From: an uncultured virus (IMG/VR IMGVR_UViG_3300007171_000012)
Lineage: Duplodnaviria > Heunggongvirae > Uroviricota > Caudoviricetes
Direction: 5' to 3' (one strand)
DNA: 62,719 nt
IMG/VR virus record: IMGVR_UViG_3300007171_000012
Shown: piece by piece, positions 56,005-62,719 of the stretch
Layout of the letters: every line of letters begins with the position of its first letter
How positions within the stretch are numbered: position 1 is the stretch's first letter
The notes under the pieces: generated by a model
What the model was told of the DNA's origin: nothing
Seen by the model: only the letters and a program-made list of their open reading frames with translations
Database searches by the model: none
Position numbers and translations under genes: made by a program

Positions 56005-56187
56005 ATGAATACAATTGTTCAACTTCTACAAGCAACTCCTTGGTTTTCGGTTGTAACCGCAACCGTTACTTTAGCTTCTGCTATTGCTGCTGTTACTCCT
56101 ACCCCAAAAGCAGGCAGCACATTATCAAAAGTATATAAGGTTGTCGATTTTCTCGCAATTAATATTGGCAACGCCAAGCAGAAATAA
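56005..56187 (+). CDS. small holin-like membrane protein
   Basis: VT.ASAIAA.TPTP.......YK..D.LA.NIG.AK. Confidence 0.6.
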   Translation: MNTIVQLLQATPWFSVVTATVTLASAIAAVTPTPKAGSTLSKVYKVVDFLAINIGNAKQK

Positions 56188-56225
56188 TCTTGACAAATAA
56201 ACGAAACTAACTATACTGGGTCGCA

Positions 56226-56450
56226 ATGAATAAAACCATTTCGACCCAGTTTTTTTTGGTCCAAGAATCAAGCGATAAAGAAAAAATCGTTTTGCTCGAA
56301 AGCAAATCGAAGAAAAGTGTTTTGGACCTTTATCAAGTAATGTGCGAAAGCAAGCCTAATTCTAAATTTTTGGTCGTGCGTGAAGAAACGCTCACCGAGG
56401 TAATCGCTGAATCTGAAGATCTTCGTCAATCTCTTCTTCCGCTTGGGTGA
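56226..56450 (+). CDS. hypothetical protein
   Basis: TTGACA-N16-TATACT promoter upstream. Confidence 0.65.
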   Translation: MNKTISTQFFLVQESSDKEKIVLLESKSKKSVLDLYQVMCESKPNSKFLVVREETLTEVIAESEDLRQSLLPLG

Positions 56451-56502
56451 ATTTTTCAAAAAAACGTTGACTTTTCTTCAAAATACGCTACAGTGAGCGC
56501 AT

Positions 56503-58434
56503 ATGAAAACCGCAGCTATTGCTTCTCCTCTCATTGCTTCTGAAAATCTCGAAAGCTCGATCATGGGAATGGATTCCGCTGGAATCAGTCAGGCGACTTA
56601 TTTCCTGCGAGATAAAATTTACTCCAATAAAATTCTTGCAGTAGTGCGCGAATATCTGTGCAATGCTATTGATGAGCATAAAAAGCATGGAATCGTAAAA
56701 CCTGTTGAAGTTGGTTTTCGTTCAGAAGGAAATGATCTTGTATTTTTTGTGCGAGATTTTGCTCATGGACTCAGTGGACATGATGTTCGTAATGTTTTTG
56801 GAATGTATTTCCGAAGCACCAAATCAAAGAGTAATGAGCTAATCGGTGGATTCGGTATTGGCTCGAAAGCGGGTCATTGTTACACTGATACTTTTTTTGT
56901 TACTTCGTTCTTTGAAAATCAAAAAACCACTTACACTTGTATGCTGGGGGGCGATTCTGGTGTTCCAGTGGGTCATATTTACGAAATTGGTCAGTGCGAT
57001 ACAACAGAACAAGGATTGGAAATCTCCATGCCAATCAATCGTGCTGATGCTGCTGAGTTTGAAAAAGAGATTGAATTTTTTGTTGCTTTTTCGCCAGCAG
57101 AAATTGAGTTTTACAAATTAGATAAAACTATTTTTAAAAAGAAAGATCCTGCTTTTTCTAAAAGCATTGATGGATTTGGCGTCCGATTGATTGAATGGAT
57201 TGGTCAACTTCCTTCGTCGTCTCATATTGATCGCTATACCATGCATGATCACGCGATTTTGCAGATGGGTGGCGTTTGTTATGGATCTATTGATCTCGAC
57301 GCATCTATTCGCGTCAAACCAAATCATATTCTTGTTGTTGATATTCCTGTTGGAATGATGTCTATTCCTATCAGCCGAGAATCTTTTGAAGATACTCCAA
57401 GCAATAAGAGAATTCACGATCAAATTCGCAAGATTCTTACCGATTTGATAGAAGAAGATTTGGCTCAATTTAAAGCCAAAGATGTATCTCAGGCAGTAAT
57501 AGAGTATCTTGCTGATCCATTTTCGAAATTGAATTATATTGGAGAAGTATTCTCTGCTCCAAAAGCTCGCATTCATAAGGATTATTGGCCATTTTTGAGC
57601 AATATTCGCCAATCGAATATTAATGGCACTTTGCAAAATAAGAAAAATAAAACTGTCGTAGTGGTCATCCCCGACAATTATGCGGAAAAATATTGGCAAC
57701 GAAAGATGCTTGATTTTAGCAAAAGCGTTAATCATAATTATTATTATATTAGTGCCGCATTTGTCAGGACTTATCCTAATACTGATTTGTCCGATCATTT
57801 TGAATTCGTCGCTGTCAAAAAACTCCCTTTCCCAAAAGTCGCGAAAGATAGCAAGAGATATGCAATTTATTCTAATCATGGTAATTGCGGAACTTTCTCG
57901 CCGTTGGAATTGCATAATTATTGGCGCAAGGCAACAAATATGCCAGAAGCGTCAACTACAAAAGAAGCAAGCAAGCAAATCAAAGATTATCTTGATAACG
58001 CTTCTAGCGCTCGCGATTTGCAGCGTTATGTAATCGCTAATCGTAATAATACGTCTAAAAACACCTCGACAATTACTTTTTATACATCTTCTGAAAAATT
58101 CTTGCAGGAAATGTGCAAAGAGCTTGGTTGGCTGGAATATGGAAGCGATGAATATAGAACTTTGCGCGATAGCTTGATCAAAAAAGACAAAGAAAAAGAA
58201 GAAATTAACAATGCAATTGCTAATTCCCGCCGCCGATGGTTGGATATGAATAGCCGCACTCGTCGTTTGATTGAAAAAAATCCTAAAAATGCTTTGCGCA
58301 TCGTTAAGTTTTGGCAGAATGTTCGCCAAGAATCTTCATTCAGAGCAAAAATAATCAAAACTCTTGAGCATGCTGGTTATGTATGTCCTGTATATACGCG
58401 ATCAGAATTTCGCAGAATCTTGAAGATGAAATAA
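56503..58434 (+). CDS. rIIA: rIIA-like protein
   Basis: GHKL ATPase N terminus (IYSNK..AVVREY.CNA.D, VRDF..GLS, STK..SN..IGGFGIGSK); upstream of rIIB. Confidence 0.85.
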   Translation: MKTAAIASPLIASENLESSIMGMDSAGISQATYFLRDKIYSNKILAVVREYLCNAIDEHKKHGIVKPVEVGFRSEGNDLVFFVRDFAHGLSGHDVRNVFGMYFRSTKSKSNELIGGFGIGSKAGHCYTDTFFVTSFFENQKTTYTCMLGGDSGVPVGHIYEIGQCDTTEQGLEISMPINRADAAEFEKEIEFFVAFSPAEIEFYKLDKTIFKKKDPAFSKSIDGFGVRLIEWIGQLPSSSHIDRYTMHDHAILQMGGVCYGSIDLDASIRVKPNHILVVDIPVGMMSIPISRESFEDTPSNKRIHDQIRKILTDLIEEDLAQFKAKDVSQAVIEYLADPFSKLNYIGEVFSAPKARIHKDYWPFLSNIRQSNINGTLQNKKNKTVVVVIPDNYAEKYWQRKMLDFSKSVNHNYYYISAAFVRTYPNTDLSDHFEFVAVKKLPFPKVAKDSKRYAIYSNHGNCGTFSPLELHNYWRKATNMPEASTTKEASKQIKDYLDNASSARDLQRYVIANRNNTSKNTSTITFYTSSEKFLQEMCKELGWLEYGSDEYRTLRDSLIKKDKEKEEINNAIANSRRRWLDMNSRTRRLIEKNPKNALRIVKFWQNVRQESSFRAKIIKTLEHAGYVCPVYTRSEFRRILKMK

Positions 58435-58472
58435 TGATTGACAAAAACAACAATAACTGTAAAATATAAACA

Positions 58473-59459
58473 ATGAAATACATTATCAACAACAACAGTA
58501 TCGTATTTTTTCACGGGCGCAAGCCTATCAAGGTGGAAAAGTCTTCTCCTCAATACATTCGTATTATTCGTGCATTCGACCTTGATCCAGATGAACAAGA
58601 GTCTGCAATTCATGATATTTTGAATGAGAAGGTTGGAGTTTTCGAGCGTGATGGTTTCGTCGTAACTGAAGAAGAAGTTTCTTATCAAGGCGAAACTCTC
58701 CCAAGTGTTCTTGCGGCTAAGATTCGCGCTATTGTCAATGAAGGTCTTCCAATCTCTCTATTCGGAAAATTTTGGGAAAATCTTCAAAAGAATCCTTCTG
58801 CTTCGTCTGTTCGCGAACTTTATGAATTCCTCGCTTACAAGGAACTGCCAATCACTGAAGATGGCTGTTTCCTCGCCTACAAGGGACTCTCAAGCGATTA
58901 TTGGTCTATCTCTGGCAACACCAAGACCAAAGTTACTAAAGGCACTGTAGATGCCTCTGGGCGCATCTTTAACGGTATTGGTGAGGAAATTGAAGTTCGT
59001 CGTTTTGATGTTGACGACAATCGCAATGTTCACTGCTCATTCGGTCTTCATGTCGGTTCACTTGATTACGCGAAGGACTTTGCTCAGGGACGATTGGTTG
59101 TTGTCAAGGTAAATCCGAAAGATGTCGTTAGTGTTCCTACTGACTACTCTTGCCAAAAGTGCCGAGTGTCTGCTTACAAGGTCGTGGATGATTTCGAAAA
59201 GGAAATTGTTGCATCAGTAACTGATGAAAATGCAGTTGAAATTGAATCTGAAGATCGCAAGGAAAATTCCAAGTTCCTTGATCGTATTGACGCTTACCTC
59301 ACAAATAAGGCCAATCAAGGACTTGGTGCTGTTTCTGTGCGCTCTATTCAGAATTCGTTCTCGCCAGAATATCCATCGCGTGTCCGTGTTCTTTCCGCGC
59401 TCTCTGATTTGGGATATTGCTGGGAAGAAAGTGATGAAGGTTATGTAGTTATTCTATAA
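58473..59459 (+). CDS. rIIB: rIIB-like protein
   Basis: F.ENL..NPS......LY.FL....LPITEDG.FLAYK, CS.GLHVG...YA, VKVNP.DVVSVP.DY. Confidence 0.9.
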   Translation: MKYIINNNSIVFFHGRKPIKVEKSSPQYIRIIRAFDLDPDEQESAIHDILNEKVGVFERDGFVVTEEEVSYQGETLPSVLAAKIRAIVNEGLPISLFGKFWENLQKNPSASSVRELYEFLAYKELPITEDGCFLAYKGLSSDYWSISGNTKTKVTKGTVDASGRIFNGIGEEIEVRRFDVDDNRNVHCSFGLHVGSLDYAKDFAQGRLVVVKVNPKDVVSVPTDYSCQKCRVSAYKVVDDFEKEIVASVTDENAVEIESEDRKENSKFLDRIDAYLTNKANQGLGAVSVRSIQNSFSPEYPSRVRVLSALSDLGYCWEESDEGYVVIL

Positions 59460-59476
59460 CTGTTGTTGAGTATAGG

Positions 59477-59509
59477 AAAGGGGAGGGGGAAACTCCTCCC
59501 CTTTTTTTT
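59477..59509 (+). terminator. intrinsic terminator
   Basis: AAAGGGGAGG...CCTCCCCTTT followed by a T tract. Confidence 0.85.
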
Positions 59510-59526
59510 AAAAAAAATATAAAAAA

Positions 59527-59778
59527 ATGGCTTCTCGCAATTCAATTACAGGAGACGAAATTAAATCAAAAACTCTTTCATCAGAAGGTAGGAAAAATCA
59601 TGATCGTATTTTTGCAAAGAAAAGTGCGCATGAATGGTTAAAAGATGAAAGCGTCAGAATGCTCGATCCTGATGGATGGCGTTATGATGATGGCGTGACT
59701 ATGGATACGCTAATTTCTTATAAAGAATTTCAAAAACGACTTGTTCAAAGCACAGTAATGGGGGTGATAAATGACTAA
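59527..59778 (+). CDS. hypothetical protein
   Basis: ORF, MASRNSITGD.I.SK. Confidence 0.65.
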   Translation: MASRNSITGDEIKSKTLSSEGRKNHDRIFAKKSAHEWLKDESVRMLDPDGWRYDDGVTMDTLISYKEFQKRLVQSTVMGVIND

Positions 59779-59980
59779 TAGGCAAAAATATATCATTGAT
59801 TGTGACGATGACGGTCACTGGTATTATTTCCCTCTTGAAATGAGGGACGAATTCCAGAAATGGATTGACATTCAATACGGAGACGATTATGATAATCCCA
59901 TGTATGGAAGTTATCCTGATTGGTTGAAGTGTATCGACGGTCCACATTCAATTACATTTGAAAATCCAGAATTTCGATAA
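59771..59980 (+). CDS. hypothetical protein
   Basis: Coupled ORF, DDDGHWY. Confidence 0.65.
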   Translation: MTNRQKYIIDCDDDGHWYYFPLEMRDEFQKWIDIQYGDDYDNPMYGSYPDWLKCIDGPHSITFENPEFR

Positions 59981-59982
59981 TC

Positions 59983-60180
59983 ATGACATACACAATCACA
60001 ATAGATCTAAGCAAAATTGATGAGCAAGGACCAACATGCTTGCATAAAACATGTTCAGCCTGTCATGGAACTGGACGTAAAGCAGACGGCAGCTATTGTA
60101 TTCATGCATTGAGTTGTCCGTGTCCAAGCTGTAGTCCATTTACTTTAAATCTGAATCGAAAAGTTATTTGTCGTGTCTGA
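59983..60180 (+). CDS. small Cys-rich (Zn-finger-like) protein
   Basis: CLH..C..C.GTG.K.DG..CIH..SCPCP.C. Confidence 0.65.
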   Translation: MTYTITIDLSKIDEQGPTCLHKTCSACHGTGRKADGSYCIHALSCPCPSCSPFTLNLNRKVICRV

Positions 60181-60550
60181 AATTTACCTTACATACGCCG
60201 AAAAGCAAAAATTGCTTGAACTCGGAGCAGATGAATCTTCAATCCATGAAGATATTAGTGAGTTTTCTAGGATGTGTGATCATAAAGATTGCGCTAAACT
60301 CAATCAAGCTGAGTTAACGAAAGAACAGTGTGCTAAACTGATTCCTGAAGGTAACTATTGCTATAATCGTGTCAATGGCGTATTCAAAGTCTGCCCATTT
60401 TGGGACAAGATTGTTGACTTTCCGACACAAGATAACGGATATTGCCATTACCTGAAAAGAGGAGATTGGCAGCGTGGAGGATCGGGCTTACTTTGGGATC
60501 AGTGTAAAGAATGTGGCGTAAATGAATATCAAGAAGACTATGAATCATGA
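60173..60550 (+). CDS. Cys-rich hypothetical protein
   Basis: IP.G.YCY...CPFW...GYC.YL...LLWDQCKECG. Confidence 0.65.
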   Translation: MSEIYLTYAEKQKLLELGADESSIHEDISEFSRMCDHKDCAKLNQAELTKEQCAKLIPEGNYCYNRVNGVFKVCPFWDKIVDFPTQDNGYCHYLKRGDWQRGGSGLLWDQCKECGVNEYQEDYES

Positions 60551-60912
60551 GTAGAGAAATTAAATTTAGAGTTTGGAATGGACATAAATTTCTCGATAAT
60601 AATTTCGCTATTACAAATAAAGGAAGTATTATTGACATAGAAGATTGTTTATGGAACTTTGAAGATGAGAATTGCGTTATTCAACAATACACAGGTCTAA
60701 AAGACAAGAATGAAGTGGAGATTTACGAAGGGGATATTGTGAAAGTTGGCTACGGTGAACATGAAGGGGCATTAGGAAAGGCTAATTTTCAATACGGCTC
60801 TTTCATGTTAACCAGCAAATACGGAGGAAATTTCATGGATACTTATAGATCATGTCTATACGGAGAGGTAATCGGCAACATCTTTGAAAATCCAGAACTA
60901 TTAGAATCATGA
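60547..60912 (+). CDS. YopX family protein
   Basis: REIKFRVW...QYTGLKDKN..EIYEGDIV...EVIGNIFENPELLE. Confidence 0.9.
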   Translation: MSREIKFRVWNGHKFLDNNFAITNKGSIIDIEDCLWNFEDENCVIQQYTGLKDKNEVEIYEGDIVKVGYGEHEGALGKANFQYGSFMLTSKYGGNFMDTYRSCLYGEVIGNIFENPELLES

Positions 60913-61124
60913 AAGCTCAAAAGTATTACGATATTGAATTTTACATGGCACCTCCTATTGACAAATGGAGTAAACTGGCAGGATTCTCCTACATGAGAAA
61001 ATCTTTTGCTGAAGGAGCATGGTCCATGTTAAAAGCTTATTATAATCAAAGATACGAATACCGATTATTGTGTGATGGCCAAGTGATTGATGAAATCGGC
61101 AAACAAACAATCAAAGTAAATTAA
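60909..61124 (+). CDS. hypothetical protein
   Basis: Coupled ORF. Confidence 0.6.
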   Translation: MKAQKYYDIEFYMAPPIDKWSKLAGFSYMRKSFAEGAWSMLKAYYNQRYEYRLLCDGQVIDEIGKQTIKVN

Positions 61125-61203
61125 CAAGTCGGTAGAATTCAAGTTTCTGAATATTTTACCAAAAATTGTTGACAATTGAGTGAATCTTGAGTATTGTCGC
61201 TTT

Positions 61204-62412
61204 ATGCAAACGATTGAAAACATCTCCATCTTTGGCGAACCAATTCAGAACGCCGTTGACCAAATGAAGAATGTTCTTGCTAAGGGTGCGGCTCGCGCTG
61301 CTCTAATGGCAGATCATCACTTGGGCTATAGCGTGCCTGTCGGTGGCGTTGTCGCTTATCGAAACGGTATTTCTCCTTCTGGAGTTGGATTCGATATTGG
61401 ATGTGGCAATAAGGCCGTGCGATTGAATGTTCATTACGGACAAATTGCATCGGATATGGAGCGCATCATGGACGAAGTAGCTAGAAATATTTCGTTCGGT
61501 ATTGGTCGCGTTTCAAAGTCTCGACATATCGCTGGTCAAGAAGATGTTTCAGATCATGCTCTTTTTTCCGATCCTCTTTGGAATGATCTTGATTCTATCA
61601 AGCCTCTAAAGGATATGGCTCGCAATCAGCTTGGGACTGTTGGTTCTGGAAATCATTATGTTGATATTTTTTATGACGAATTGGGTCGCGTGTGGGTGGG
61701 TGTCCACTTTGGATCGCGAGGTCTTGGTCATAAGATTGCATCGCATTATATCAAGGCTGGTGGCGGAACTGATGGAATGTTTGTAGATCCTGTTGTGCTT
61801 GACACCAATTCTGATTTGGGCCGCGAATACATCGCCGCAATGAATCTTGCTGGTCAGTATGCTTACGCTGGTCGCGATTGGGTATGCCGCGAAGTTGCTC
61901 GCATCATTGGCGGGGATATTGTGGACGAAGTTCATAATCATCATAACTTTGCTTGGTATGAAAATCATGGTGGCGAAGATTTGTGGGTTGTTCGCAAGGG
62001 AGCGACTCCAGCTTTTCCTAATCAGCGTGGTTTTGTCGGCGGCACTATGGGAGAAAACTCAGTTATTCTTGAAGGTGCTGAGTCTGAATTTTCTTCTGCT
62101 TCTCTATATTCGACCGTTCACGGTGCAGGTCGCGTTATGTCGCGAAATGAAGCGGCTGGCAAGGTCAAGTGGAAAGGTGGAGTAAAGACTCGCATTTCTG
62201 AAGGAAAGGTTTCTCAGGCAATGATGGATGAATGGGTTAATCGCGCAGGAGTTGTCTTGCGAGGAGCAGGTGTTGACGAATCTCCACATTGCTACAAGCG
62301 TCTGGGGGATGTCTTGCTTGCTCAACATGATACTATTCGCATTCTCCATGTTCTCACTCCTATTGGAGTAGCAATGGCTGGCTCAGAAACCTTTGATCCT
62401 TACAAGGATTAA
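61204..62412 (+). CDS. rtcB: RtcB RNA ligase
   Basis: M.D.H.GY..PVG, VGFDIGCG, GT.GSGNHY, HFGSRG.G, HN, RKGATPA, HGAGR.MSR, DESP..YK. Confidence 0.95.
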   Translation: MQTIENISIFGEPIQNAVDQMKNVLAKGAARAALMADHHLGYSVPVGGVVAYRNGISPSGVGFDIGCGNKAVRLNVHYGQIASDMERIMDEVARNISFGIGRVSKSRHIAGQEDVSDHALFSDPLWNDLDSIKPLKDMARNQLGTVGSGNHYVDIFYDELGRVWVGVHFGSRGLGHKIASHYIKAGGGTDGMFVDPVVLDTNSDLGREYIAAMNLAGQYAYAGRDWVCREVARIIGGDIVDEVHNHHNFAWYENHGGEDLWVVRKGATPAFPNQRGFVGGTMGENSVILEGAESEFSSASLYSTVHGAGRVMSRNEAAGKVKWKGGVKTRISEGKVSQAMMDEWVNRAGVVLRGAGVDESPHCYKRLGDVLLAQHDTIRILHVLTPIGVAMAGSETFDPYKD

Positions 62413-62427
62413 AAATCAATACAATTT

Positions 62428-62470
62428 GCGGCTCTCCTGAAATTTCTTGGGAGAGTCGTAAAATTTTTTA
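62428..62470 (+). terminator. probable terminator
   Basis: GCGGCTCTCC...GGAGAGTCGT hairpin after rtcB. Confidence 0.55.
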
Positions 62471-62485
62471 ATTAAAATTAAAACA

Positions 62486-62719
62486 ATGAAACAACCTTAC
62501 AATTTATTTTTGGATGATATTCGCATGCCAAAAGACGCTTGGATTTATCCAAGACGCAACGAACAGAAACAAATTATTTCTGGTCAATCGCTTGAACAAA
62601 TTTCGGGTATTCCAAACGACAATTGGGAAATTGTGCGTTCCTATGATCAATTTGTGGCGATGATTGAAAAGAATGGAATTCCAGATGTGGTCAGCTTCGA
62701 TCATGACTTATCAGAAGAA
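62486..62719 (+). CDS. cyclic-phosphate processing receiver-domain protein (3'-truncated)
   Basis: Read manually: LFLDDIR.P...W.IVRSY.QF...I...G.P..VSFDHDL. Confidence 0.75.
   Translation, partial: MKQPYNLFLDDIRMPKDAWIYPRRNEQKQIISGQSLEQISGIPNDNWEIVRSYDQFVAMIEKNGIPDVVSFDHDLSEE

Noticed and set aside
51604..58358. Long antisense ORFs within TROVE and rIIA (e.g. 51604-52194, 57118-57915)
   Set aside because: Shadow frames of well-supported plus-strand genes with no recognisable motifs

Overview
This is a 62.7-kb fragment of a large dsDNA tailed phage. It is AT-rich, uses the standard genetic code, and its lambda-like tail-tip genes L-K-I-J suggest a siphovirus-type tail. 1-13.8 kb: replication module (RecA-like recombinase, DnaB helicase, primase, PD-(D/E)XK exonuclease, a C-family DNA polymerase split into PHP, exonuclease and polymerase ORFs, a Clp ATPase). 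14-34 kb: minus-strand virion genes interleaved with glycosyltransferases. 34-38.7 kb: modification enzymes (sulfotransferase, GT14, Mom-like). 38.8-53.4 kb: an RNA-gene island with about 35 tRNAs covering all 20 amino acids, a tmRNA, a ~950-nt GOLLD-like RNA, five Y-RNA-like genes beside a Ro60/TROVE gene, several orphan CCA-ended RNAs and free-standing endonucleases. 53-62.7 kb: lysis genes, rIIA/rIIB, RtcB and a cyclic-phosphate-processing receiver-domain gene. The most novel-looking signals are all in the RNA island: (1) a stand-alone mimic of the 23S rRNA L11-binding GTPase-associated centre, plus a weaker H88/E-site mimic; (2) a leader-peptide attenuator in front of the tRNA array; (3) permuted and double-T-arm tRNA mimics. 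Together with Ro60/Y RNA, RtcB and tmRNA these suggest a phage translation-rescue, decoy and RNA-repair system. All calls were made by eye, without database searches or folding software.
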